Positions 20,336 through 30,324 of a stretch of 64,000 bases of DNA are shown piece by piece. A model generated the notes under the pieces. It made no database searches. It saw nothing but the letters and a program-made list of their open reading frames with translations, and was not told the DNA's origin. Position 1 is the stretch's first letter, and each line of letters opens with the position of its first letter. Source of the DNA: Promethearchaeota archaeon (lineage in GTDB: Archaea > Asgardarchaeota > Lokiarchaeia > Sigyniarchaeales > SOKP01); NCBI GenBank assembly GCA_019057865.1, contig JAHLWP010000002.1, positions 128,001 through 192,000 of the forward strand, given 5' to 3'. Position numbers and translations under genes: made by a program.

Positions 20336-21204
20336 TATTTTTTCCCCAAAAATTCTATAATTTTATTTTTCATTAAGTTGATATTCGGTTTTTTATTTGT
20401 CCACCATTCAAAAGCTAAAGCACCTTGATTTACAAGCATATCTAAACCTCCAAGAGTTCTACATCCTATTACTTTTGCATCCTTTAATAATTGAGTTTCT
20501 AACGGATTATAGATTAAATCGAAAACATTTAATTGATTATGCAGGATTTCCTTTTCTATTGGTGATTTGCCGATTAATGGATACATACCTACCGATGTTG
20601 CATTAATTAAAATATCAGTTGTTTTGATCTCTCGCTTTAAAGTAGTCTCACTATTGTTTGTTCCTTCTGCGTTAACATTAATCTTTTTCTTTAATTCCAT
20701 TGCTAATTTTTTTGCTCGACTTTCTGTTCTATTCGTTATCACCATTTTTTTGGCATCTTTTGCTAAAGAATAGCAAATAGCTTTAGCTACCCCCCCTGCT
20801 CCTAGTATTAAGATGTTTTTTCCTATGATTTCAAACCCAGCATCTAATATTGCTTTTCTCCCCCCTTCAGCATCAGTGTTTTTCCCTATTAAAACACCAT
20901 CTTCATTCTTTATAGTATTTATTGCTCCAATTTTTTGTGCTGTGCTATCTATTTCATCTATAAATTTAATAATTATTTCCTTATATGGGATAGTAACACT
21001 TATTCCTTTTACGTTTAATGCTTTAAATCCTTTCACTGCTTCTTTAAGTCTATTAGGGGGCACATTGAAAGCCAAATAGGCATAATCTAATTCAAGATCT
21101 TGTAAAGCCGCATTGTGCATAATAGGACTCATACTATGCTCAATTGGGTATCCAATAACACATAAAATTTTAGTTTGCGCTGTTATAGAATTTCTAATTG
21201 ACAT
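20335..21204 (-). CDS. aroE: Shikimate dehydrogenase
   Basis: PIEHSMSPIMHN, VTIPYK, GAINT, NTDAEG, GAGG, DLIYNP, GLDMLVNQG. Confidence 0.95.
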   Translation of the reverse strand: MSIRNSITAQTKILCVIGYPIEHSMSPIMHNAALQDLELDYAYLAFNVPPNRLKEAVKGFKALNVKGISVTIPYKEIIIKFIDEIDSTAQKIGAINTIKNEDGVLIGKNTDAEGGRKAILDAGFEIIGKNILILGAGGVAKAICYSLAKDAKKMVITNRTESRAKKLAMELKKKINVNAEGTNNSETTLKREIKTTDILINATSVGMYPLIGKSPIEKEILHNQLNVFDLIYNPLETQLLKDAKVIGCRTLGGLDMLVNQGALAFEWWTNKKPNINLMKNKIIEFLGKK

Positions 21205-21311
21205 TTTTTAAATTAAATTGATAAATTTAAAACTAATAATATGTTTAAGAAGAAAAATAATTTATTAATATTTAGCTAATAAAAAGAAAAAGAAATAAGG
21301 AAAATGAAAAG

Positions 21312-21866
21312 ATGAAAAAAATAACTCTTAGTAAAGAAATTTCTGCTTTTCCTATGCCGGCAGCAGTTATATCTGTAGGGACTGGGGAAGAAGCAAATTT
21401 AATTACTCTAGCATATGTTGGGAAAGTTTGTCTTAAACCACCGATTGTCGTGATTTCAATACAACCTAAACGACATTCTTATCATTTGATTGAAAAGCAT
21501 GGCGAATTTGTTATTAATTATCCTACAGTCGAACAGTTAAAAGAAATGGATTATTGTGGAACACGTTCAGGAAGAAATGTCAATAAATGGAAAGAATTAA
21601 ATTTAACAAAAGAAAATGGATCGATAGTTCAAGTCCCGATGGTTAAAGAATTTCCTTGGAATATGGAATGTAAAGTAATAAATCGATTGGAATTGGGATC
21701 ACATGTTTGTTATTTTGGTGAAGTAGTTGCTACTCATTCGGATCCTAAATATGTTAAAAATGATAAGTTAGATCCTAATAAATTTAACTTCTTCGCTTAT
21801 ATTTCCGGCAATTATATTGGTTTAAAAAAGGGTGCAATAGAAAAGCATGGGTTTACAAGCGAATAA
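21312..21866 (+). CDS. Flavin reductase-like (flavoredoxin) protein
   Basis: PMPA, GEFVIN, CGTRSGR..NK, ECKV...LGSH..FGEV. Confidence 0.88.
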   Translation: MKKITLSKEISAFPMPAAVISVGTGEEANLITLAYVGKVCLKPPIVVISIQPKRHSYHLIEKHGEFVINYPTVEQLKEMDYCGTRSGRNVNKWKELNLTKENGSIVQVPMVKEFPWNMECKVINRLELGSHVCYFGEVVATHSDPKYVKNDKLDPNKFNFFAYISGNYIGLKKGAIEKHGFTSE

Positions 21867-21946
21867 TCTCTTAGATCTTTTATTCTTTACCTAAATTCTA
21901 ATATTTTAAAACTAGAAATTATTAAAATATACAAAGAAAATTTATT

Positions 21947-22474
21947 ATGACTAAGGTTTCTATAGCGCTCATTGGATTTATGGCAACAGGTAAAAGTACA
22001 ATTGGTAAAACATTGGCAGATTATCTAGGTGACGATTATAGATTTATTGAAACTGATCAATTAATTGTTGAAATGGCTGGTAAATCCATTCCAAGAATAT
22101 TTGCGGAAGAAGGAGAAGAGAAATTTCGAAATTATGAAATTATAGTTTGTGGAAAAGCTTCTAAATTGAAAAATGTAGTAATTTCATGTGGAGGTGGCGT
22201 TGTCTTAAATAGAGCAAATATAAAAAAACTAAAGAAAAATTGCCATATTGTTTTGCTCAAGGCAACGGTGGAGGAAATTTATAAAAGAGCTATTAAAAAT
22301 GGGAAAAGAACTAGACCTCTAATTAACAACGAGTATCCAAAAAAAGAAATTGAAAGAATTTTAAATTATAGGGAAGAATTTTACGAATCATCAGCAGAAA
22401 TTATTATTAATACAAAAAACAAATCAATTGAAGAAATTGTAAATGAAATCATCGAAAAGACTAAAGTTGTTTAA
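21947..22474 (+). CDS. aroK: Shikimate kinase, bacterial (NMP-kinase fold) type
   Basis: LIGFMATGKSTIG, GEEKFR..E, VISCGGGVV, RPL. Confidence 0.92.
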   Translation: MTKVSIALIGFMATGKSTIGKTLADYLGDDYRFIETDQLIVEMAGKSIPRIFAEEGEEKFRNYEIIVCGKASKLKNVVISCGGGVVLNRANIKKLKKNCHIVLLKATVEEIYKRAIKNGKRTRPLINNEYPKKEIERILNYREEFYESSAEIIINTKNKSIEEIVNEIIEKTKVV

Positions 22475-22654
22475 ATAAACATCATTTTTCTCTTTCGATC
22501 TTTATTATTTTATCTCTAAACATTATAAAAATTAATTTATAATATTTAGTAAGACACCATAACGTAATAGTATCATAAAACCTAAATTTAAATTTATCAA
22601 ACCTTAACTATAATTAAAAAAATTAGGTATAAGAGTGTTGTTAGGTAGATAGAT

Positions 22655-22825
22655 ATGACAGAAACTAAAAGATTTAGATGCATTAAATGTGGAGAGGAGA
22701 GCCCTCGAAAGTTACATGAGGAACCTGATAAGAGCAAAGTCCTCTATTATTCCATGCAAGGTACTCCTGTTTATAAAAATAAAATTAGATGTGGTTCGTG
22801 CGGAACGATATTTGATAAAACTTAG
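22655..22825 (+). CDS. Small zinc-finger protein (56 aa)
   Basis: MTETKRFRCIKCGEESPRKLHEEPDKSKVLYYSMQGTPVYKNKIRCGSCGTIFDKT; AGGT upstream; below the ORF-track cutoff. Confidence 0.75.
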   Translation: MTETKRFRCIKCGEESPRKLHEEPDKSKVLYYSMQGTPVYKNKIRCGSCGTIFDKT

Positions 22826-22936
22826 TGAACATTAAATAATGAACATAAATCTCTAGGAACTTTTTTCAAAAAAAATCAGTAGATTTTTGGTAATGGTGCC
22901 AACTAATTGATTAAAAACTTTTTTTTTTATTTATTT

Positions 22937-24139
22937 TTACAATGATAGGATTATTTTATTTTGAGCTTTTAACATATCTAGCATGATAAGTTCCATAGCT
23001 TCTTTAATATCTGGCACATTATCAGGTATACTGCGTTTTGCGTTCACACTTGCCATTAATACTTCATTTAATCCACGCAGAATCATATCTGGGCTGTAAA
23101 AGGGTCTACGTGAAGCCCACCATGACTGGCAGCTGTGAATTCCTCTGTCAAGCAGATTCCGAGCGTTATCAAAAATTTGCTTTCTCTCATCATCCATGCT
23201 TTCCCGGTATTTAGCAGATAAATGAATCAAAGTGAGGGCATACATGAAAAATCGATGTTGTTCAAAGTGGATTTGATTATTTGGGTTGAACCAGAGAGGA
23301 AATGGTACATCCGTGGCAATATCGTAAGGCATAGTCGACCAGCTGGAATCTTGTGGAGTCTGAGTAAATCCTTTAGGAAATCTATCAACAATTTCTGAGA
23401 TAGTGCATATTTTGACATCATCTCTATGAGGTAAAGCTTGAAAAAGGGGTATAAGGAAATCTTTTATCGCATGCTTTACATGGTGTCCAAATGTTTCTCC
23501 ATCCATAGCGAGAATTACATACATATCCTCTGAAGTATTCTTGTATTTTAACCTATTGATAAAAGTCTCAACATTATTAATTTTATCGAAAGCACAATCG
23601 ATTGAGATGTAATCATCTCTGAACAATAACTTTAAACCACTTGAATGTATGGAAATATGATTTGTAGGAAATTCTGGTAAAGTATTGGCAATTCCACTCA
23701 TTACTATCCACTCAAAACCAGCTTTTTTAACAGTACTGAAAACCTCTTCAGAAATTGCCATTTCGGGCGGAAAAAATCCACGAGGGTGATAAAGTTTTCC
23801 AAAGAAATACTGATTGGTTTCATCATTAAGATTTATTTGACGTTTAATTTCAGGTTCTGGAATCAATGGAAGTAAAGGGTGAAATTTACCTGAACCTGTA
23901 AATTCGATTTGTCCTCGAGACGCTATGGTTGTAATTAATCCTAGTAAATCATCATAGCCAAAATCATGCAATTGCTCAGTTAGAGTTCCATTAATATTTA
24001 AAGTAATTTTAGCTTCAGGATAATCCCTAAGTGCCTCAATTATGGGCCTATATGATTCATTTACAATTTGTTTTATGACTAGAGGGATTTGAACGGGAGG
24101 TTGATAAATATGAAATAAGAAAGCAAAATAAACAACCAT
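22937..24139 (-). CDS. Glycoside hydrolase family 57
   Basis: HIYQP, ESY, HPLLPLI, FFPPEMA nucleophile, AMDGETFGHH, SSWS. Confidence 0.9.
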   Translation of the reverse strand: MVVYFAFLFHIYQPPVQIPLVIKQIVNESYRPIIEALRDYPEAKITLNINGTLTEQLHDFGYDDLLGLITTIASRGQIEFTGSGKFHPLLPLIPEPEIKRQINLNDETNQYFFGKLYHPRGFFPPEMAISEEVFSTVKKAGFEWIVMSGIANTLPEFPTNHISIHSSGLKLLFRDDYISIDCAFDKINNVETFINRLKYKNTSEDMYVILAMDGETFGHHVKHAIKDFLIPLFQALPHRDDVKICTISEIVDRFPKGFTQTPQDSSWSTMPYDIATDVPFPLWFNPNNQIHFEQHRFFMYALTLIHLSAKYRESMDDERKQIFDNARNLLDRGIHSCQSWWASRRPFYSPDMILRGLNEVLMASVNAKRSIPDNVPDIKEAMELIMLDMLKAQNKIILSL

Positions 24140-24162
24140 ATTATTTATAAGAAACCTAGATG

Positions 24163-24245
24163 TTTTATATTTTTCTTGTGTTCCAATAAGAAAAGCGATG
24201 AGCTAAGAGGTGTTTTTAAATAATAAATTATAAAATTCTCTTAAT
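24163..24245. repeat. Imperfect 83-bp direct repeat, copy 1 (degenerate copy of the aroD 3' end)
   Basis: ttttatatttttcttgtgttccaataagaaaag...aaattctcttaat matches 25026-25108. Confidence 0.85.
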
Positions 24246-24311
24246 ATTTTGTTTTTATAGATTTATATTTGAAGAAAAAAAATAATTAGATTATAAAAAT
24301 TAACTTGAGTT

Positions 24312-24878
24312 TTACTTGTATATTCCAGTTCTAGATACTAAGATTCTAGAAAGTCCATGAATCAATAATGAAATGAATAGAAGTATGATAATAACATCAA
24401 TAAAGTTAATATCTAATTGGGGTCCTAATAAAAACATCATAAAATTAACTACAGATAAGATTATCATTATTATACCTATAATCCCCATCAGATATTTACT
24501 TGCTGTCCAATGTTCGGATATAATAGCAAATATTACTGCACCTCCAACAATTCCAAATATTATTACAATAATAAAAAGTAATATTTGAATCATTGAATCA
24601 TTACTAATTAATGCTATAAAGAAAAATATTAACCCTATAAATGTGACAATATAACCGAAAAAAATTTCTATTATTCGATCCTCTTTATCTTGTTTTTCTT
24701 TATCAGGAAAACTAATAGTTGTAAATGCTACTCCTACTATTAATAAGCAGATTGAAATTATTATTATTTGTGCATTGGCATTATTAATCAAATATGACAT
24801 TAAAATATAAATAGATAAGAAAACAATAATAATTCCAAAAAATAAATTTAAAGCTCGTAACTCTTTATCATTTGGCAT
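24312..24878 (-). CDS. Hypothetical six-helix membrane protein (HdeD/DUF308-like)
   Basis: Six hydrophobic helices ending LLIHGLSRI. Confidence 0.6.
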   Translation of the reverse strand: MPNDKELRALNLFFGIIIVFLSIYILMSYLINNANAQIIIISICLLIVGVAFTTISFPDKEKQDKEDRIIEIFFGYIVTFIGLIFFFIALISNDSMIQILLFIIVIIFGIVGGAVIFAIISEHWTASKYLMGIIGIIMIILSVVNFMMFLLGPQLDINFIDVIIILLFISLLIHGLSRILVSRTGIYK

Positions 24879-25025
24879 TTAACTTACCCTTTTAAGATTA
24901 AATTTAGATTTAATAATAATTCATTTTTTAATTTGAGAGTATTTAAGTTTTTTCCCTTAATGTCAAATTATTGTTATTGAATTTAAATTATTTAAATTTA
25001 ACAAATCAAAACTAAAACTATTTAA

Positions 25026-25108
25026 TTTTATATTTTTCTTGTGTTCCAATAAGAAAAGAAATGAGTTAAGAAGATTTTTCGAATAATAAGTTATGAAATT
25101 CTCTTAAT
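25026..25108. repeat. Imperfect 83-bp direct repeat, copy 2 (aroD 3' end and downstream sequence)
   Basis: Matches 24163-24245. Confidence 0.85.
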
Positions 25109-25821
25109 TTTTCAATTTTAATTTGTCCTGGTGCTGTTTTTTCATCTAAAGAGCAGTAGGTCATGAATGAACCATATTTTACGCATATTATTCTCGAAAA
25201 AATTCCGATTTCTCCCATGCAAAAAGAAATTATTTTTCTATTATTTTTGGTAAAATATTGACATAAGTTTATTGGAATTAAATTATCTTCGAAATTTTGA
25301 GCTGTAAATATAATTTTATATATGCTTTTTTCCACTATGGTGGCATTTATTAAAAAGTTTTTAATTAATTTATCTTCAAACCTTAAAATTAGTTCAAGAG
25401 TTTCTTTATAAGACGGAGTTTTTTCAAAATCATGATAAGAAAAGATTAAATTGATTTTTTTTTTAATAGCTAAATTTATAACATGATTAAGGACTTCTTT
25501 TTCAGAATTCATCTCAATATCAATAAAGCCAGGTTGGGCTTCAAGTAAATTTTCTAGAATCTTAAATCTTTCTTCTTTATCAATCTTTACTTGTCCTCCC
25601 TCAGAATAATCTCTAAATGTAAAAATTGTAGGAATAGTTGGATGAATAATGTTTAATAAACTAGATCCTAATTCTCTTGTTAAATTTTCCACATTATTTA
25701 TAAAATCGAACCTTAATTCAATGAAATTAGGTTTTTCATCTAATGCTTTTTTGATGAGCAATAAATTGTTGTCATAATTATTAGTTTTTATCGGAATGGC
25801 AATACATATATTGAATTTCAT
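25066..25821 (-). CDS. aroD: Type I 3-dehydroquinate dehydratase
   Basis: IELRFD, IFTFR..EGG, IDIE, SYHDFEKTP, MGEIGIFSR, TAPGQ. Confidence 0.93.
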   Translation of the reverse strand: MKFNICIAIPIKTNNYDNNLLLIKKALDEKPNFIELRFDFINNVENLTRELGSSLLNIIHPTIPTIFTFRDYSEGGQVKIDKEERFKILENLLEAQPGFIDIEMNSEKEVLNHVINLAIKKKINLIFSYHDFEKTPSYKETLELILRFEDKLIKNFLINATIVEKSIYKIIFTAQNFEDNLIPINLCQYFTKNNRKIISFCMGEIGIFSRIICVKYGSFMTYCSLDEKTAPGQIKIEKLREFHNLLFEKSS

Positions 25822-25854
25822 AGGAATTCAAAAAAAAGATATTATAGTTTTTTA

Positions 25855-26493
25855 TTAAAAAATAACTTCTTTTACTTTATCTTCTGATAATTTATTTGTA
25901 TAATCAATTTCTTTAACTAAGCCTTGATCTTTATAATAATCAATTAGAGGTTTCGTATTTTTTTCATATACATCCAAACGATTATTTAGCGTTTCTTCAG
26001 TATCATCAGCTCGTTGTTTAAATTCTATTCTTTCACCGCACTTATCACAAATCCCTTCTTTTTTAGGCTTCATAAAGAATTTATTATAAATAGCTCCACA
26101 ATTTGGACACGAATACCTGCCGAGAATTCTTTTGATAAGAATTTTATGATCAACAGATAAAAGGATTACTGAATCAATACTAGTGATTGTAGAAAGAAAT
26201 TCCGCTTGATTAAGATTTCTTGGATATCCATCTAAAACCCATGATTTATCACTAATGTCATCTAATGTCTTTTTCACCATATCATTAGTAATTTCATCTG
26301 GTACAAGTTTACCCTCATCCATATATGATTTTGCTTTCAAACCTAGGGGAGTTTCATTTTTTAAATTTTCTCTAAAAATATCTCCTGTACTAACATGAAT
26401 GATGTCTGGCAATACTTCTTTTACTTGAGAAGAAAAAGTTCCTTTGCCAGCTCCCGGAGGGCCCAATAAAATAATATGTTTATTTTCTTGCAT
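25855..26493 (-). CDS. adk: Adenylate kinase, bacterial type with zinc lid
   Basis: LLGPPGAGKGT, STGDIFR, LDGYPR, CPNC...CDKC, QRADD. Confidence 0.93.
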   Translation of the reverse strand: MQENKHIILLGPPGAGKGTFSSQVKEVLPDIIHVSTGDIFRENLKNETPLGLKAKSYMDEGKLVPDEITNDMVKKTLDDISDKSWVLDGYPRNLNQAEFLSTITSIDSVILLSVDHKILIKRILGRYSCPNCGAIYNKFFMKPKKEGICDKCGERIEFKQRADDTEETLNNRLDVYEKNTKPLIDYYKDQGLVKEIDYTNKLSEDKVKEVIF

Positions 26494-26591
26494 GTGATAG
26501 ATAAATTTTTATTAATATTATAATATTTAGGAATTTCTCACATCACTCATACTTGAATATATTCTTTAGTACAAGAAGTTTAAAGAATCTT

Positions 26592-27566
26592 TTAATTATT
26601 TTGAGATTTATCAAATTTTTTTACGAGTTCTATTATTTGTGCTTTTCTATAAGAAGAAGGAACATTAATATTATTCTTAGCACAATATTCTTTCAATATC
26701 TTTACGGTCCATTTATTATAATCTATTTCTTGCTTTTTCTCTATCTCTTTCTCAATTTTCTTCGGTAGTGGAGTTTTCATTTCTAAAACTTCTATTGCTT
26801 CAATAGTATTATTTTCATTATTGACATGAACTCTTAATTTATGACCCTCTAATTCAATAACTTCTTTTGGGAGCTTTTTAAAAGCTTCCCATTCTATTTC
26901 TTCAACAGGTTCACCAAAAATTTCAGCTTTTTTAATGACAACTCCAAAAAGTGTATTATTACCAATTAATATATGAGCTCTCTTGTAATCTTTTGGAAGC
27001 TCAAGTGAGAGAATTTTTTCTAAAATTTCTTTTGGAGGTGTATTTGTGGTATTAATCAAATTTTTAGCAGGTTTTGCAACGATCTGTTTATTTTTAATAT
27101 AGGAGCTGCTTTTCTGCACTTTAGTTACTACATCATGAGTCTTAATTATAGGTGGTGAGTTATAATTATTTGAGTTATTTAAAACAGCAAATTGAGGTTG
27201 TTCAATTTCTTTTTCTATAGAACTTTTTTGCGAATCAAATCCAAAAGCTAGTAAAAATTCTTGGGGTTCATCTCCTTGATCGACTGAAACAATCTTACAT
27301 CGATGAAATTTTGCCGAAAACATTAGCTCTTGTTGTAATTCTATGGCAACACGAGAAGCTATGAATTTTTTTCTTACTGGTGATGTAATACCGTTCCATA
27401 TATAAATCCTTCTAAGATCTTCTTTAACAATTAGAGCTACTTGTGAATTATTTAATACTTTACTTCCATTATTTTGGCGAAATTCTTGTTCTGATATATC
27501 TAATCTTTCTCTTTCACCAGTATCCTTCAATTCATATATCATGAAATTAGAATAAGCATCTGACAT
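26592..27566 (-). CDS. Gelsolin-like domain protein with C-terminal SAP/HeH-like domain
   Basis: LIVKEDLRRIYIWNG...RKKFIASRVA...IVSVDQGDEPQEF is a gelsolin/villin fold. C-terminus is YNKWTVKILKEYC...YRKAQIIELV. Likely start is MSDAY at 27566. Confidence 0.75.
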   Translation of the reverse strand: MSDAYSNFMIYELKDTGERERLDISEQEFRQNNGSKVLNNSQVALIVKEDLRRIYIWNGITSPVRKKFIASRVAIELQQELMFSAKFHRCKIVSVDQGDEPQEFLLAFGFDSQKSSIEKEIEQPQFAVLNNSNNYNSPPIIKTHDVVTKVQKSSSYIKNKQIVAKPAKNLINTTNTPPKEILEKILSLELPKDYKRAHILIGNNTLFGVVIKKAEIFGEPVEEIEWEAFKKLPKEVIELEGHKLRVHVNNENNTIEAIEVLEMKTPLPKKIEKEIEKKQEIDYNKWTVKILKEYCAKNNINVPSSYRKAQIIELVKKFDKSQNN

Positions 27567-27698
27567 TTTACTATTCTTTTGAGAATTAATTAAATACATT
27601 ATAAGAGTACATATTTTTAACATTATTTCTATAGTTAAATAGAGAGAAGATTTATTGTAACATTATAAATAAAAGAAGAAGTCATAAAAGCAGTGCTT

Positions 27699-28286
27699 TT
27701 ATCCTGTAAAATAGGAATTTTTAATGTTTTTTATTAGAAAATTTACTTTTTTCTTTTCATTGATAGATAAAAGTGTAGGAAATTTACTTTTAATGGAAGT
27801 ACCATAATAACTATTGCCAAAAAATGTATTTACTCTAAATATTGTTTCTAATATATACCTTTTACTTCCTAAATGGAGATAAATAGAAATATCATTAATT
27901 ATTAAAAAATCAGTCGGATTTTCTTTAAAATTGTTAAGAATTTTAGAGGTTATTTTATAATTAGAACATATATTTTTATAAAGTTCAGATTTACTTTTTG
28001 CTTTTAATCGAGGTGGAATAATTTCTCCTTCAAAGATAAAATTTTTACATTTAATGCTCTTATTATAATAATCTTGAATTCTTCCACCAATTTTTAAATC
28101 CTTGAAAAATGCTAATTTAGGAGCAAAATCTAAAATACTAATCTCTTGTGGGTTAATTTTTTTGGATTCTAAGAGATATTGGACAAATTTTGCTGTTAAA
28201 TAGGTTTTTTGGGTGTTTGTTTCTCCATATACTAATGTGTATTGCCCAAAAAATTTTTGGAAATCTATATTATTTAAATTTCTCAT
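27699..28286 (-). CDS. Hypothetical protein with degenerate P-loop
   Basis: YTLVYGETNTQKT, ILDFAP, IIPPRL, LIINDISIYLH. Confidence 0.55.
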   Translation of the reverse strand: MRNLNNIDFQKFFGQYTLVYGETNTQKTYLTAKFVQYLLESKKINPQEISILDFAPKLAFFKDLKIGGRIQDYYNKSIKCKNFIFEGEIIPPRLKAKSKSELYKNICSNYKITSKILNNFKENPTDFLIINDISIYLHLGSKRYILETIFRVNTFFGNSYYGTSIKSKFPTLLSINEKKKVNFLIKNIKNSYFTG

Positions 28287-28310
28287 AAATAAAAGTAAAT
28301 TGTAATATAA

Positions 28311-28880
28311 TTAATCAAAATAGTCTTTTCTTGATATTCCTGCCCTTTTCAATATTTTTAACATTAAATATCCTAAAATACTTCCTGGAATGCTACTAGC
28401 TGCAAATAAAGCCCACCATATTACTAACGGATAGATAGGCGTTATGAAATAAGCAATTGTAGCACCGATAAAGACTGTTCCTATTGGTTCTGTTAAAGCA
28501 GCAATTTCTACATATTTTGGTCTTTTTTTCCATAAAACAAATGCTATTAATCCAACTACTATTGCTCCAGATATTCCTCCATGAAAGGCATGAATTGTTC
28601 CTATTCCCAGTGGAAATCTTAATGAGGCAATACTTACTGCTGCCATTACTGCAAAAGAAAATCCAACCAATACTCCCATTATTCCATTAATGAAATGAGC
28701 AAATGGGAAAATTTTAGCTCCCATGATTTCAAAGTAAGCAAAATAATTAATGTAACTTAGTACTAACCCCACTCCCACAAATATTCCCGTTGTTGCAACC
28801 TTTTTAGTCAGATTCTGTCTAATAGGGGGTACTTTTTCTGTATCTTTAGTGTTTTGATTTAATTTATCCAAACTCATCAA
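28311..28880 (-). CDS. thiW: ECF transporter S component, ThiW family
   Basis: FPFAHFIN, GIGTIHAFHGG, EPIGTVFIGA, SSIPGS. Confidence 0.82.
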   Translation of the reverse strand: MMSLDKLNQNTKDTEKVPPIRQNLTKKVATTGIFVGVGLVLSYINYFAYFEIMGAKIFPFAHFINGIMGVLVGFSFAVMAAVSIASLRFPLGIGTIHAFHGGISGAIVVGLIAFVLWKKRPKYVEIAALTEPIGTVFIGATIAYFITPIYPLVIWWALFAASSIPGSILGYLMLKILKRAGISRKDYFD

Positions 28881-28963
28881 TTATAATTCATTGATTTAAT
28901 TTTATATAATATATATTTTTACATAAAATAAGATTTTCTTACTTCTTAGGAGAAGTGTGATAA

Positions 28964-29641
28964 ATGATTAAATTAGGAGAGTATACTATTAATCCTTCAA
29001 AAATTATTTGCATTGGCACAAATTATATGGATCATATCGAAGAAACTAAAATGGATATTCCAAAAGAGCCGGTCTTATTTCCAAAAACTCTAAATTGTTT
29101 AATTTTAGATAAAGATCCAATTATTTATCCAAAATACTTGTATAATAATCGAAAATATAATAGAGTCGATTATGAAGTAGAGTTAGCTTTTATTATAAAA
29201 AATAAATGCAAGTATGTAGCTATTGAGGATGCATATAATTATATCCTTGGATATACTGTTTTTAATGACATAACTGCTCGTAAAATGCAAGTTAAAGATA
29301 TTCTCTCAAAATTACCTTGGTATCGCTCTAAATCGTTTGACAGTTTCGCACCTATCGGTCCTCTTATAAAGGAGGTTAATGAAATCAAAGATCCTCATAA
29401 TTTAAAAATTGAATTAAAAGTAAATGGAAAGATTAAACAATCATCCAACACAAAACATTTATTATTTAAAGTACCTGAATTATTAGCTTATATTTCAAAA
29501 TTTTTCACAATGGAAGCTGGTGATATTATTGCTACTGGTACTCCTAGTGGTATTGGTCCAATAAAACCAGGAGATTTGATTGAAGCTACTATAGAGAAAA
29601 TTGGAACTCTTAAAAATAATGTAATTTTAGAAGGAGTATGA
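28964..29641 (+). CDS. Fumarylacetoacetate hydrolase family protein
   Basis: KIICIGTNY..H, DYEVEL, NDITAR, KSFD, GDIIATGTPSG. Confidence 0.93.
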   Translation: MIKLGEYTINPSKIICIGTNYMDHIEETKMDIPKEPVLFPKTLNCLILDKDPIIYPKYLYNNRKYNRVDYEVELAFIIKNKCKYVAIEDAYNYILGYTVFNDITARKMQVKDILSKLPWYRSKSFDSFAPIGPLIKEVNEIKDPHNLKIELKVNGKIKQSSNTKHLLFKVPELLAYISKFFTMEAGDIIATGTPSGIGPIKPGDLIEATIEKIGTLKNNVILEGV

Positions 29642-30324
29642 TGTTTAATATGAAAGTAGGAACTTCTACAATTCACCCAACCAAAATAATTTGCTTAGGG
29701 AGAAATTATTTAGATCACATTCAAGAGACAAAAGCACCTATACCTACAGAACCTGTATTTTTTACGAAGACTTTAAACACACTTGTTACTAATAATGATC
29801 CAATAATATATCCAAAGCTTTTGTATGAAAATCCTAATTACAATAGAGTTGATCATGAAGTAGAACTTGCATTTATTATCTTTCAACCTTGTAAAAACAT
29901 TTCAGCAGTTAATGCATATGATTATATCAGGGGATATACTATTTTCCTTGATATAACCGCAAGAAAGATGCAAATTAGTGATCGAAACATAAAATTGCCC
30001 TGGTATAGAAGCAAAAATTTTGATACATTCGCACCTATAGGACCAGAGATAGTTTCCTGCCATGAGGTTGAGGATCCTCATAACCTCACGATCCAGTTAA
30101 AAGTAAATGGAGAATTAAGACAATTTTCTAACACAAAACACATGTTATTTAAAATTCCTGAAATCTTAGAGTATTTATCTAGATTTATAACTTTAAAAGC
30201 AGGGGATATAGTTGCAACTGGAACACCAAGTGGTGTATCACCTATTAAGCCAGGTGATATTATTGAAGCTTCAATTGAAAAAATTGGGACTATAGAACAT
30301 GAAGTAATCTTAGAGAGTGATTAA
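29638..30324 (+). CDS. Fumarylacetoacetate hydrolase family protein (tandem paralogue)
   Basis: KIICLGRNY..H, DHEVEL, DITAR, KNFD, GDIVATGTPSG. Confidence 0.93.
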   Translation: MMFNMKVGTSTIHPTKIICLGRNYLDHIQETKAPIPTEPVFFTKTLNTLVTNNDPIIYPKLLYENPNYNRVDHEVELAFIIFQPCKNISAVNAYDYIRGYTIFLDITARKMQISDRNIKLPWYRSKNFDTFAPIGPEIVSCHEVEDPHNLTIQLKVNGELRQFSNTKHMLFKIPEILEYLSRFITLKAGDIVATGTPSGVSPIKPGDIIEASIEKIGTIEHEVILESD

